A stretch of DNA of 64,000 bases from a bacterium (GTDB lineage Bacteria; Bacillota; Clostridia; Christensenellales; Aristaeellaceae). Positions 1 to 9,970 of the stretch are shown in pieces. Where the stretch lies: NCBI GenBank assembly GCA_963643985.1, contig CAVINP010000001.1:34-64033 (forward strand), given 5' to 3'. Within the stretch, counting starts at the first letter, position 1; each line of letters starts with the position of its first letter. Below the pieces are notes generated by a model. The model was not told the origin of the DNA and searched no databases. It saw only the letters and a list, made by a program, of their open reading frames with translations. Made by a program: the position numbers and the translations under genes.

Positions 1-17
1 ATTTAATCAGTGTATCC
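1..17. repeat. Truncated right terminus of a MITE-like repeat ending in TTAATCAGTGTATCC, cut by the window edge
   Basis: ATTTAATCAGTGTATCC is identical to 27369-27385 and 45987-46003. Confidence 0.6.
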
Positions 18-62
18 TTAACAACCGATTATTCGAATTTTCGGTTCCGGAGGCATTGTCAG

Positions 63-1313
63 ATGAATAAACTCTACAGACGAATTTCCGTATTGCTGTG
101 CGCGATTATCGCTTGCAGCTGCTTTGGCGCGAGCGCCGAGGAGGGCAAGGTGCGCCTGCGCATCATGCATTATTACGGAGAAACCGAAACGGACTATGCC
201 TCCACCTACCTGCGCAAGATCATCGAGGAGGAACTGCCGGAAGTATTTCCCAATGTGGAGCTTGTGGAGGAGGTCTACGACAATGAGACCTACAAGGTCA
301 AGCTGCGCGTGCAGATGGCCTGCGACGAGCTGCCCGACATCATGTTTTCCTACGGCGGCGGCTTTTCCAAGCCTTTTTTCGAGACCGGCCACGTGCTGGC
401 GCTGGATGACTATCTGGATGACTTCTACAAGGATCGCCTGATAGACGAATATCAGAAGAATTTCACCTATGACGGCAAGCTCTACGGGATCTGCTATACG
501 CGCTGGACGGGCGTGCTGTACTGCAACACCGAGCTGTTTGCCCGGGCCGGGGCGAAAATTCCCGAAACCTATGATGAACTGCTGGAGGCCTGCGCCACGC
601 TGCGTGCGGCGGGCATTCAGCCCATTGCGTGCGGTATGGTCAACTACTGGATGGGCCAGCAGTGGATCAACAATTTCACGCTTCAGCTGGGCGGGGCGGA
701 GATGTACCGGCAGATGCTGGACGGCGAGGTCAGCCTCAACAATGACACACTGAAGAATGCGGCGCAGTATGTTCTGGACCTTCTCAATGCAAAAGCCTTC
801 TGTGACGACGTGAACCTTATGGAATCCAGCGATGCGGAAGAGATGTTCATGAACGGAGAAGCGGCGATGATATACATCGGCGACTGGTTCACGCAGACTG
901 CCGAGAACAGAATGGGCGATAAGGTCACGGCCGTGAAGATGCCGCTGCTGCCGGATGCCGCCTACCCGGAAGACTATCACGGCGGCGCAGTCAACGGCTG
1001 GATCGTGTCCGCGGATACCGAATATCCGGAACTTGCGACACAGGTGGCCGCATATCTGGCCTACCGCGTGTGCTGCTATCTGCCGGCCTATTCGACCTTT
1101 AATCTCAGTGAGGATGAATATCTGAGCCGGCCCGACGCACTGGAGGAGAAAATCATGGCATTTTATCCCGACGATGCCGTGGGCGGCGCGGCCTGGGATA
1201 CGCTCATGCTGCCGGAGGAAGCGAGTGCATGGCTCAAGCTCTGCGGCAGGCTGTTTACGCGCAGGTGCGACGGTGCCGGCTTTGCCCTGCAGGTGGGAGT
1301 GATACGGGAATGA
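63..1313 (+). CDS. Extracellular solute-binding protein, family 1 (sugar type); probable ligand-sensing partner of the adjacent two-component system
   Basis: 416-aa ORF. N-terminal signal peptide with a Cys-containing lipobox-like LLCAIIAC. Size and composition fit SBP_bac_1. Its stop overlaps the kinase start (ATGA at 1310-1313). Confidence 0.8.
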   Translation: MNKLYRRISVLLCAIIACSCFGASAEEGKVRLRIMHYYGETETDYASTYLRKIIEEELPEVFPNVELVEEVYDNETYKVKLRVQMACDELPDIMFSYGGGFSKPFFETGHVLALDDYLDDFYKDRLIDEYQKNFTYDGKLYGICYTRWTGVLYCNTELFARAGAKIPETYDELLEACATLRAAGIQPIACGMVNYWMGQQWINNFTLQLGGAEMYRQMLDGEVSLNNDTLKNAAQYVLDLLNAKAFCDDVNLMESSDAEEMFMNGEAAMIYIGDWFTQTAENRMGDKVTAVKMPLLPDAAYPEDYHGGAVNGWIVSADTEYPELATQVAAYLAYRVCCYLPAYSTFNLSEDEYLSRPDALEEKIMAFYPDDAVGGAAWDTLMLPEEASAWLKLCGRLFTRRCDGAGFALQVGVIRE

Positions 1314-3073
1314 AACGATTTACGACATACAGTCTGGGCAAACAGCTGCGCGTATTCTTTGTGGCTGTATTCCTGCTGGTCTTTCTGCTCTGCGTGGCGC
1401 TGTATTCCGTGCTGGCGAACAACCTTATGAACCAGTCCGAGGATATGACGCTGAGCAACCGTCTGGAGCTGATATCCGTTAATCTGGACGCACTGCTCTC
1501 CAACGTGAACAGCAACTCCAAGAACATTGCCTACAACGCGGATGTACAGAGCTGCCTCACTCTGGATACCCGAATCACCACGACCGCGCAGACGCAGTTG
1601 CAGGAGACGGTCACCCGCCTGGTCAGCTGCAGTGACGACATATCCTCCATATATCTGTTCAACCTGAACGGCGATGCGTATGTCGCGGGCACCGTCAGGG
1701 AAGTGGATGCCGTCCGCCAGCGCCTCCTGAGTGCGGACAGTTTTTCGTCCGTCTTTGATATGACGGAGAAGGTGAACAGCGGGCGGCCGATGCTGCTGCG
1801 ACGGTCGGATGCCGGCGAGAACAATTCGGTTATTTCCTATGCACGCGTGGTCAGGAGCCTGCAGACGCTCGAGCCGGTCGGCGTGCTGATTGTCAATATT
1901 CCGATTCAGAATTTCCGCGAATGCTATCAGACCGTTGCCGAGATGGAAGATCTGGAGGTCGCGATTCTGGACGAGGAGGGCAATACCATTACCGCGACCG
2001 ATCCGGGCTGGATGACGGATTACGCGACGGAGAATATGCTTTCCGCCGAGGAGTCCGGCTATCACACCACCCAATACGACGGCCGGACGTACAAGCTGGG
2101 AATGCTGGCCTCGGCAGACGGCATGTATCACATCGTCGTGGCACTGCCCAGAACGGGTCTGCTGCTGGGCTTGAACCGCTATGTGCTCTACACAGCCCTG
2201 GTGCTCCTCTTCGGCATTGCGCTCAGCGCCGTCGGTTCCTATATCATCACCTGCAAGATACGCTCTCCCCTGCAGAACATACTTGCTTCCATGAAGAAGG
2301 TTCAAACGCAGGAACTGGAACCCGTGCAGATCTGCGAGGCCAACCGTGAAATCAACGACCTGCAGACCGGCTACAACCAGATGATATCGGACATGGAGGA
2401 GCTGATCAACCATCGCATTGAAAATCAGCGTCTGCGCCGCAAGTATGAACTGGATCTTCTGCAGGCACAGATCAAGCCGCATTTTCTGTACAATACGCTC
2501 GACTCCGTCTGCGCACTTGCGCTGATGGGCGATGTGGACGATATCTACAAGATGGTGCAGGCACTCGGCAAGTACTACCGCAACAGCCTGCACAAGGGCA
2601 AGGACATCATTACCATCGGCGAGGAACTGGAAATCGTCGCGAACTACCTGATCATTCAGAACTACCGCTACGACGATGTCTTCCAACCGGTATACGACAT
2701 CGATGAGAGCGTGAAGGAGTATTCCGTCATCAAGCTTACGCTGCAACCGCTGGTGGAGAATGCGATCTACCACGGCTTCCGCGATCACGAGCTGACGGGA
2801 ACAATCACGATCCGCGCCAAGGACGAGGGTGACCGCGTGCTCCTGGCCGTGGAGGATGACGGTGCGGGCATGCCGCCGGAGCGCCTGCGCGAAGTGCTGA
2901 CCAGCTCGGACGAAAACCGCGTCAAGCGCTTCGGCCTCTTCGGCACCATGCAGCGCCTGCGCCTGTATTACGGCGCGGACAATCCGGACGTGATCAGCAT
3001 TCGCAGCGAATACGGCAAGGGAACGATCATTGAGATCCGTGTGCCCAAGCAACATGCGCCGAAAGAAGAATGA
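1310..3073 (+). CDS. Sensor histidine kinase, YesM/LytS type (two TM helices, HAMP, His_kinase, HATPase_c)
   Basis: Internal ATG at 1310 (MKRFTTYS...) is coupled to the upstream stop. H-box-like QIKPHFLYNTLDS, N-box LQPLVENAIYHG and G-box VEDDGAGMPPE. Confidence 0.9.
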   Translation: MKRFTTYSLGKQLRVFFVAVFLLVFLLCVALYSVLANNLMNQSEDMTLSNRLELISVNLDALLSNVNSNSKNIAYNADVQSCLTLDTRITTTAQTQLQETVTRLVSCSDDISSIYLFNLNGDAYVAGTVREVDAVRQRLLSADSFSSVFDMTEKVNSGRPMLLRRSDAGENNSVISYARVVRSLQTLEPVGVLIVNIPIQNFRECYQTVAEMEDLEVAILDEEGNTITATDPGWMTDYATENMLSAEESGYHTTQYDGRTYKLGMLASADGMYHIVVALPRTGLLLGLNRYVLYTALVLLFGIALSAVGSYIITCKIRSPLQNILASMKKVQTQELEPVQICEANREINDLQTGYNQMISDMEELINHRIENQRLRRKYELDLLQAQIKPHFLYNTLDSVCALALMGDVDDIYKMVQALGKYYRNSLHKGKDIITIGEELEIVANYLIIQNYRYDDVFQPVYDIDESVKEYSVIKLTLQPLVENAIYHGFRDHELTGTITIRAKDEGDRVLLAVEDDGAGMPPERLREVLTSSDENRVKRFGLFGTMQRLRLYYGADNPDVISIRSEYGKGTIIEIRVPKQHAPKEE

Positions 3074-3087
3074 AGGAGTGGCAGGCT

Positions 3088-4677
3088 ATGCTCAAGGTAC
3101 TGATTGTAGACGATGAAAAGCTGGTTCGGCAGATGCTCATGCGCTGCATTGACTGGAAAGGAATCGGCCTGAACATCATCGGAGAGGCGAGCTCCGCCCG
3201 AATGGGGCTGGAAATGATCGAGACGCACCGCCCGGAGCTCGTATTCATGGATGTGCGCATGCCGGGGATGGACGGCCTGACCTGCAGCCGACAGATTGCA
3301 GAAAAATATCCGAATATCAAAATTGTCATCGTCTCCGGCCACGGCGAATTCGAATATGCCAGCGAAGGGCTGCGCATCGGCGTGTTTGACTATCTGCTCA
3401 AGCCGATCGATGCGGAGGAACTGCGCAAGACGGCCATCAAGGCGCGGGATGCCATACTGGCGGAGCAGAAAACCTCCGAGCAGATGCTTCGCCTCCGCGA
3501 AGAACTGGAGCGGCATTCCGGCTATATTCGCGACCGTCAGCTGGGCGCACTGGTGCGCGGCCGCAATTCCAAGGAGCTGATGGACACTCTGGAATACTTC
3601 GGTGTCGTCTTTGAGGCGCAGCCTTTCCAGGTGGCCATTGTGGGCATCGATGTGCATGATATGCAGCCTACGGACGAGGCACAGCTGCTGGCCCGCATTC
3701 AGACCAAGCAGCTGGTGGGGGATTTCTTTGCCGACCGGATGGGTGTCTACGTGTTTGACAGCGGCACGGAGGGCATCGTCGTGATCAACAATGCGGACGA
3801 TGAACTCTTCTATCGCGACGCGGAGAAGCTGCGGAAATACCTGATTGCCAACGTCGAGGGCAACGTCGGCATCGGCGTGGGCAACTGTTACGAAGATCTG
3901 AAGATGATCTCCGAATCCTACCGCGAAGCGAAGGATGCCCTGAAGTACCGCTTCGTGGCCGGCACGGACGCGCCGCTGTTCTTCCGCGAAATCTATCCTT
4001 TTTACGATATTCCGTCGGGTCTGCCCGAGAAGGCGGAAATCCTTCATGAGATCGGCAACGCGCTGCGCGTGGGCAACGGCAAGCGGGCCGTGGAACTGAA
4101 CTGCGCCCTGGCGGATATTTATCGGGGTCCGGACGGGAGCCGCGAGCAGACGCTGGTGGCCTGCCTTCAGGTTTTCGCGGAGATCATGCGCTGCCTGGCA
4201 GAGCTTCGTCTGGAGCAGGACGAGAGCGGTTTTATGGTTCAGGAGGAGATGAGCTGCATCTTTGCCATGGAAACACTGGAACAGATAAAGACGCACGTGA
4301 ACGATACGCTGCTGCGCGTCTGCAGGGTGATCTCCGATCGCCTCAGCGGCAAGGAAAAGGATCTGGTGTATCAGGTCCGGGAATATCTGCAGGAACACTA
4401 TTCAGACGAAACGATATCGCTCACCGGCATTGCGGAGAAGCTCTACGTCAATCCCAGCTATTTAAGCCGCATCTTCAAGGAAAAAATGGGCAAGAACTTC
4501 AGCGCGTCGCTCTTTGAGATCCGCATGGAGGAGGCGATACGCCTGGTGTTGGGCAGCGAGCAGAAGGTCTACGAAATCGGCGAACGCGTCGGCATCTCCG
4601 ACCCGCACTATTTCAGCTCCTGTTTCAAGAAATACACGGGCATGTCCGTGGGCGAATACCGCAAGAGCCATATGTAA
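3088..4677 (+). CDS. Response regulator with CheY receiver and AraC/XylS HTH (YesN-like)
   Basis: MLKVLIVDDE...FMDVRMPGMDG receiver. C-terminal AraC signature SYLSRIFKEKMG...HYFSSCFKKYTGMSVGEYR. AAGGAG RBS lies 8-9 nt upstream of the ATG at 3088 (alternative ATG at 3070). Confidence 0.9.
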   Translation: MLKVLIVDDEKLVRQMLMRCIDWKGIGLNIIGEASSARMGLEMIETHRPELVFMDVRMPGMDGLTCSRQIAEKYPNIKIVIVSGHGEFEYASEGLRIGVFDYLLKPIDAEELRKTAIKARDAILAEQKTSEQMLRLREELERHSGYIRDRQLGALVRGRNSKELMDTLEYFGVVFEAQPFQVAIVGIDVHDMQPTDEAQLLARIQTKQLVGDFFADRMGVYVFDSGTEGIVVINNADDELFYRDAEKLRKYLIANVEGNVGIGVGNCYEDLKMISESYREAKDALKYRFVAGTDAPLFFREIYPFYDIPSGLPEKAEILHEIGNALRVGNGKRAVELNCALADIYRGPDGSREQTLVACLQVFAEIMRCLAELRLEQDESGFMVQEEMSCIFAMETLEQIKTHVNDTLLRVCRVISDRLSGKEKDLVYQVREYLQEHYSDETISLTGIAEKLYVNPSYLSRIFKEKMGKNFSASLFEIRMEEAIRLVLGSEQKVYEIGERVGISDPHYFSSCFKKYTGMSVGEYRKSHM

Positions 4678-4782
4678 GGGAGCAGAAATCCGGAACCCGG
4701 CCATTGCCTCCCTCATAAATGCAAGAAGAGGGAGTGCCGGTAATTCATAATACCCCGGAGAACCGTGAAGAATTTGAATAAT

Positions 4783-4830
4783 GCACCGGAGTCACCGCCA
4801 ACGGCGAACTGCTTCGGTGCGTTTTTGTTT
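4783..4830 (+). terminator. Candidate rho-independent terminator after the sensor operon
   Basis: GCACCG (4783-4788) pairs with CGGTGC (4815-4820). The loop has internal CGCC/GGCG pairing and is followed by GTTTTTGTTT. Confidence 0.5.
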
Positions 4831-5070
4831 GAATACGGCATAAAGCGGTGAACTTGACTGACTTATCCCCGTTCACCATTCCTTTGACAACCGATCACTG
4901 CCCCGTAAATGTCAAAATAATCAACAAAACAAAAAAATAAATACCTTGCCCGAGATTTGAAAACGATTTGCATCGTCCTTTTTGTGTGAAAAATGCCCGA
5001 AACGGACGATTGAAAGTAGTCAGAATACAAATTTCCGTAAGATTGGTACATGGTGAAAACGGTTTCCGCC

Positions 5071-5079
5071 TGCTACAAT
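5071..5079 (+). promoter_or_regulatory. Extended -10 promoter element (TGcTACAAT) for the ABC/catabolic operon
   Basis: TGCTACAAT lies 45 nt upstream of the start at 5125. The -35 is weak (TGGTGA), as expected for an activator-dependent (AraC-type) promoter. Confidence 0.4.
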
Positions 5080-5124
5080 AGTATCATCAAGCAAAGCTTG
5101 AAAGCAAAAAGGAGGAAACCCCAA

Positions 5125-6183
5125 ATGAAGAAAGTCTCTAAGGTACTGGTACTGGTACTGGCTTTGACGCTGGTCGTCGGCATGTTCACGAATGCCTTTG
5201 CGTGGGAAAAGCGCAAGGACAGCAAGGATCAGCTCGTGGTTGGTGTCTCCTGGAAGACCTTCCAGGAAGAGCGCTGGGTTCGTGAGCTGAACGTCATGAA
5301 GGACATCTGCGAAGAGCAGGGCATCGAGTTCATCTATCAGGTATCCGAAAACGACGCCATGAAGCAGGTTTCCCAGGTTGAGAACATGGTTGCTCAGGGC
5401 ATCGATATTCTGATTGCTCAGACCAACGAGAAGGAAGCACTGGCCAACGCTTTCCGCTCCGCTTCCGAAGCAGGCGTGCTGGTGGCCTACTATGAGTCCA
5501 CTCAGGGCGAAACCTACGCAGACTTCGCCGGCGGCAACGACGAGTATTCCATCGGCATGCAGATCACCCAGGCGATCGGCGACATGGGCCTCGAAGGCAA
5601 GGTTGCTTACATGTACGGCGATCCCGCAGGCGGATCCGGCGTCTACAAGTTCCATGACGGCATGCATGACGGCATGGCCGGCAGCCCCAACGTTGAGGTT
5701 ATCGGCGAGCAGTGGGCAACCAACTGGGATCCCCAGATTGCACTGTCCAACAGCGAAAACTGGCTGGCTCAGTACGGCGATGAAATCGTTGCCATCCTGT
5801 GCATGAACGATGGTCTGGCCGGCGGCGCCATCCAGGCTCTGGAGAACGCGGACCTTGCGGGCAAGGTTCTGGTTTGCGGTCAGGACTGCGACCTCGTTGC
5901 CGTGCAGCGCATCGTGGCAGGCACCCAGTACTCCACCGTTCTCAAGAGCGGCAACGAGTATCCGACCCTCTTCATCAACGCCGTGCTGGACTACTACATG
6001 GGCGTGACTACCGCTGCAGACTACGAGAACAGCGAAGAAAACTGCGACGGCGCGACCATCCCCTTCCTGAAGTATGACGGCATCGTCATCACCAAGGACA
6101 ACGTGGACGCTGTCATCGAAGCCGGTGTCTACACCTACGAAGAAGTTTACGGCGAGGCCGAAGCGACTGAAGAGGCTGAATAA
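5125..6183 (+). CDS. Sugar ABC transporter substrate-binding protein, XylF/RbsB-like (periplasmic binding protein family)
   Basis: AGGAGG RBS at 5110-5115. The pattern ...GQDCDLVAVQRIVAGTQYSTVLK... recalls XylF GQDADL..I..GTQ..TV.K. The hydrophobic N-terminus has no lipobox Cys. Confidence 0.85.
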   Translation: MKKVSKVLVLVLALTLVVGMFTNAFAWEKRKDSKDQLVVGVSWKTFQEERWVRELNVMKDICEEQGIEFIYQVSENDAMKQVSQVENMVAQGIDILIAQTNEKEALANAFRSASEAGVLVAYYESTQGETYADFAGGNDEYSIGMQITQAIGDMGLEGKVAYMYGDPAGGSGVYKFHDGMHDGMAGSPNVEVIGEQWATNWDPQIALSNSENWLAQYGDEIVAILCMNDGLAGGAIQALENADLAGKVLVCGQDCDLVAVQRIVAGTQYSTVLKSGNEYPTLFINAVLDYYMGVTTAADYENSEENCDGATIPFLKYDGIVITKDNVDAVIEAGVYTYEEVYGEAEATEEAE

Positions 6184-6215
6184 TCAAAACACTCCGAACA
6201 ATCGGAAAACATTCG

Positions 6216-6246
6216 ATCCTCCGGGCGGTTGCCCGGAGGATTTCCT
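6216..6246 (+). terminator. Strong intercistronic stem-loop after the binding-protein gene (partial terminator or mRNA stabiliser)
   Basis: ATCCTCCGGGC-GGTT-GCCCGGAGGAT is a perfect 11-bp stem, followed by TTCCT. Confidence 0.6.
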
Positions 6247-6282
6247 AAGAGAGGCAAAACAAAGCGACGGGGGTATGAAGAC

Positions 6283-7140
6283 ATGTTTCAGAATTTGAAG
6301 AAAGAACAGTTCATCCATTCCAATTTTCCCTTCGCCAGGTATTCTCTGGACTATACGCTGGATTCCCTCGAGCGCATGGGCGCAGGCCCGATCGAGTTCT
6401 ACGGTGCGAATCCTCACTTCTGCATGGAAGATGTCACGTACAGAGATATGAAGGCGCTGAAGAAGAAGCTGGACAATCACGGCCTGAGCGTGGTCGAAAT
6501 CAATCCTGAAAACTGCGCCTATCCTGTCAATCTTGCTTCTCTGAATCCGGCAACACGGATGAGAACCTTCCGCTATTATGAGAACGCGATTCGCACGGCA
6601 GGCGTTCTGGAAACGCCTTACGTGCTGGTATTCCCGGGCTACGCCGATCTCAACGGCGATGAGGACCTGGCATGGAAACTGTCGGTAGACTCCATGACCA
6701 GACTGGCCGATATCGCAGCCGCCGAGGGCGTGACCATTACCTTTGAATCTACGACCCGTGATCTGACGGTGATCACCGATCACAAAAAGGTCATGCAGCT
6801 GATTCGGGACTGCGGCAGGAGCAACATGGCAGTGACCATTGACCTGATGTGCCTGTCCCAGACCCATGAAACGGTTCAGGACGTATACGATACCTGCGGT
6901 TTCGGCAGGATCGTGAATGTTCACTATACGGACGGCGCATTGCTTCCCTCCGGTTCCTGGGAGCACAGAATACCCGGCGAGGGCGAGATCGATCTGGATC
7001 CGCTGCTGGCGATGTTCGATGACAATCAGTACCAGGGCTACTTCGGCAACGAAGTCAAGGGCAGCATTGATCCCGCACTCGATACACCCGAAAAGGTGAG
7101 CGCAAAGTTGCAAAAATGGTGGGATGACCACTTTGAATAA
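6283..7140 (+). CDS. Sugar phosphate isomerase/epimerase, xylose-isomerase-like TIM barrel family
   Basis: 286-aa ORF from MFQNLKKEQ. Length and pattern fit the AP_endonuc_2 / TIM-barrel isomerase family. It sits inside the ABC operon. Confidence 0.7.
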   Translation: MFQNLKKEQFIHSNFPFARYSLDYTLDSLERMGAGPIEFYGANPHFCMEDVTYRDMKALKKKLDNHGLSVVEINPENCAYPVNLASLNPATRMRTFRYYENAIRTAGVLETPYVLVFPGYADLNGDEDLAWKLSVDSMTRLADIAAAEGVTITFESTTRDLTVITDHKKVMQLIRDCGRSNMAVTIDLMCLSQTHETVQDVYDTCGFGRIVNVHYTDGALLPSGSWEHRIPGEGEIDLDPLLAMFDDNQYQGYFGNEVKGSIDPALDTPEKVSAKLQKWWDDHFE

Positions 7141-7181
7141 AATAAATAAAGGAATTGACGGGGAAAGGGGGAGTCACACAA

Positions 7182-8705
7182 ATGGAAAATTATATTCTTG
7201 AGATGAAGAACATCACCAAGGAATTTCCGGGCGTCAAGGCGTTGGACAACGTCACCTTCGGCGTTCGCCCCGGCGAGATCCACGCACTCTGCGGTGAAAA
7301 CGGCGCCGGCAAGTCCACGCTGATGAAAGTGCTCAGCGGCGAGCATACCGACTACAAGGGCGAGATGATTCTCGAAGGCAAGAAGGTCTTCTTCAAGGGC
7401 ATCAAGGAGAGCGAGGCCGCCGGCATCGCCATCATCCATCAGGAACTGGGCCTGATTCAGTCGTTGAACGTCTGCGAAAACATATTCCTGGGTGATGAAA
7501 TCTGCCAGAACGGTGTCATCAACTGGGATTTGGAATATCAGAGGTCCCGCGAGCTCCTTGCAGACCTGAAGCTGAACATCAGCCCGACCACCCGCCTGGG
7601 CAACCTGGGCATCGGCCAGCAGCAGCTGGTTGAGATCGCCAAGGCGCTCAAGAAGAACTGCAAGATACTGATCCTGGACGAGCCGACGGCGGCTCTGCCC
7701 GAGGATGACTCGGCCAACCTGCTCAAGCTGATGCGCGAACTGCGCGACAAGGGCATGAGTATCGTGTTCATCTCGCATAAGCTCAACGAGGTGCTGAGCA
7801 TTGCGGACACAATCACGATTCTGCGCGATGGCCAGACGGTGGATTCCAGGCCTGCGGCAGACTACACGGAGGATACGCTCATTTCCGGCATGGTCGGCCG
7901 TGAGCTGACCACCCGTTTTGCACCCCGCAACTGCGAGATCGGCGATGTGATGCTTCGCGTATCGGATTGGTCGCTCTTTGACGGCGTCAACAACAAGTGG
8001 GTTGTTCAGGATGTGAACCTTGAGGTTCGTGCGGGCGAGGTCGTCGGCATTGCCGGCATGATCGGCGCAGGACGCACGGAGCTGGCCATGAGCATCTTCG
8101 GTGCAATGGAGGGTGCCATCAGCGGCAAATTCGAGTATCTGGGCAAGGAGCGCAAGCGCTTCAGGAACACCGCCGAATCGATCGAGAACGGCCTGTTCTA
8201 CTCCACGGAAGACCGCAAGCGCTACGGCCTGATCCTCTCTTCCGACATTGCATACAATTCGTCCCTGTCCAGCCTGCACAGATTCCTCCAGCACGGTTTC
8301 TTCGTCAACCGTGACCGTGAGTACGAGCAGGTCAAAGAGATGGTCAAGACGCTGCGCGTCAAGACCCCGTCCATACTGCAGCGCGTCGGCAACCTCTCCG
8401 GCGGCAACCAGCAGAAAGTCTGCCTGGCCAAGGCACTGATGACGCAGCCCAAGGTACTCATACTCGATGAGGCCACCCGCGGCATCGATATCGGTGCAAA
8501 GACCGAAATCTATCAGCTGGTCAATCAGATCACCGAACAGGGCGTGGCGGTCATACTGATCTCTTCGGAAATGCCGGAGGTGCTGGGTCTGAGCGACCGC
8601 ATCTACGTCATGCGCGAGGGCAGGATTGCAGCCGAGTTTGACAACCGCAACAGAAGCATTACACAGGAACAGATCGCTCTCGCAGCGACAGGAGGTGTCG
8701 AATAA
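7182..8705 (+). CDS. Sugar ABC transporter ATP-binding protein with tandem ATPase domains (XylG/RbsA-like)
   Basis: Walker A GENGAGKST and GMIGAGRTE. Signature LSGGNQQKV. Walker B ILILDEPT and VLILDEAT. Confidence 0.95.
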   Translation: MENYILEMKNITKEFPGVKALDNVTFGVRPGEIHALCGENGAGKSTLMKVLSGEHTDYKGEMILEGKKVFFKGIKESEAAGIAIIHQELGLIQSLNVCENIFLGDEICQNGVINWDLEYQRSRELLADLKLNISPTTRLGNLGIGQQQLVEIAKALKKNCKILILDEPTAALPEDDSANLLKLMRELRDKGMSIVFISHKLNEVLSIADTITILRDGQTVDSRPAADYTEDTLISGMVGRELTTRFAPRNCEIGDVMLRVSDWSLFDGVNNKWVVQDVNLEVRAGEVVGIAGMIGAGRTELAMSIFGAMEGAISGKFEYLGKERKRFRNTAESIENGLFYSTEDRKRYGLILSSDIAYNSSLSSLHRFLQHGFFVNRDREYEQVKEMVKTLRVKTPSILQRVGNLSGGNQQKVCLAKALMTQPKVLILDEATRGIDIGAKTEIYQLVNQITEQGVAVILISSEMPEVLGLSDRIYVMREGRIAAEFDNRNRSITQEQIALAATGGVE

Positions 8706-9880
8706 TGAAGAAGGAAAAGCTGGATTTGTTCAGCGTATTTTATAAGAACAGCCTGCTGGTGGAAGGCGTCATCATTCTCGCGATTTTTGCAATCCTGACC
8801 GGCGGCAATTTCCTCACCGCAGCCAACCTCTCCAACCTGCTGATGCAGGGCGTTACCTATTCCGTTATCTCCATCACGATGGCATGGGTCATCATCACCG
8901 GTAACTCGGATCTGTCCGCAGGCCGTTTCCTGGGCATGTTGGGCATGATTGCCGCCATCATGATCGTCAACAACAAGAATCTGCCGACCGTGGTTGCCCT
9001 GCTTGTGGTCTACGGCATCGCGATCATCTCCGGTCTCTGGCACGGCTTCTGGGTCGGCTATCGCAAGCTGCCTGCCTTCATCATCACGCTGGCTACGCAG
9101 CTGGTCTTCCTGGGCGTCAACCAGTTGCTCTCCGGCGGCCGCATCTACGGTCCTGCACGCGGCATCATTGCCGAAATGGGCAACGGCTATATTCCGTCCA
9201 TCGCCTTCAAGAATGACACCACGATCTACCTCAGCATCCTGCTGGTCATTGCCTACATTTGCCTCACCGTTGCCAAGGAGCGCAAGACCATCAGCCAGGG
9301 CCTGGGCGAGGCCCGCTGGGGCAAGCTGATCCCGAAGATGGTGTTCATCTGCGTGCTGGTCGGCATCGTAACCTTCATCCTTTATTCCCACAAGGGCTAT
9401 TCCTGGGCAATGCTGATCCTGCTGGTTCTGGTCACCTTCTTCAATCACGTCAGCAGCAACACGCGCTTCGGACGCTACATCTACGCCATCGGCGGCAACA
9501 AGGAAGCAGCTGCCCTGTCCGGTATCAACGTCTCCAAGGAACTGCTGAAGATGTACGTGCTGCACTCCGTCATCATTGCAACTGCGGCTATGATCTGCCT
9601 GGGCCGTCTGAATTCCGCAACGACTTCCACCGGTAACGGCTACGAGTTCACGGCCATCACGGGCTGCGTCGTCGGCGGCGTTGCCATCACCGGCGGCCGC
9701 GGCACCGTGGTCGGCGCAGTTGTCGGCACCATGATCATGGCGGCTCTGGACAACGGCATGAGCATCCTCAACCTCGACCCCGCACTTCAGTACATTGTGC
9801 GCGGCGCCGTGCTGCTCTTCGCAATCGCTCTGGATTCCTACGCATTCAACCGCAAGGCCAAGACCGTGCAGAAGGCGTAA
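8705..9880 (+). CDS. Sugar ABC transporter permease (XylH/RbsC-like, BPD_transp_2)
   Basis: 391-aa polytopic hydrophobic ORF. Its start overlaps the ATPase stop (TAATG). Confidence 0.85.
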   Translation: MKKEKLDLFSVFYKNSLLVEGVIILAIFAILTGGNFLTAANLSNLLMQGVTYSVISITMAWVIITGNSDLSAGRFLGMLGMIAAIMIVNNKNLPTVVALLVVYGIAIISGLWHGFWVGYRKLPAFIITLATQLVFLGVNQLLSGGRIYGPARGIIAEMGNGYIPSIAFKNDTTIYLSILLVIAYICLTVAKERKTISQGLGEARWGKLIPKMVFICVLVGIVTFILYSHKGYSWAMLILLVLVTFFNHVSSNTRFGRYIYAIGGNKEAAALSGINVSKELLKMYVLHSVIIATAAMICLGRLNSATTSTGNGYEFTAITGCVVGGVAITGGRGTVVGAVVGTMIMAALDNGMSILNLDPALQYIVRGAVLLFAIALDSYAFNRKAKTVQKA

Positions 9881-9970
9881 GGCTGATTACACACACCCCT
9901 GCCTCTGCCCTCGCTGCCTGTGCAGCGGGGCGGAGAGGTTATCAATCACAATAATACGGAGGAAAGCTAA

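Noticed and set aside
1163-3055. 630-aa minus-strand ORF antisense to the YesM-like kinase
   Set aside because: Same reasoning. The plus-strand frame carries H-, N- and G-boxes, and the antisense frame is featureless.
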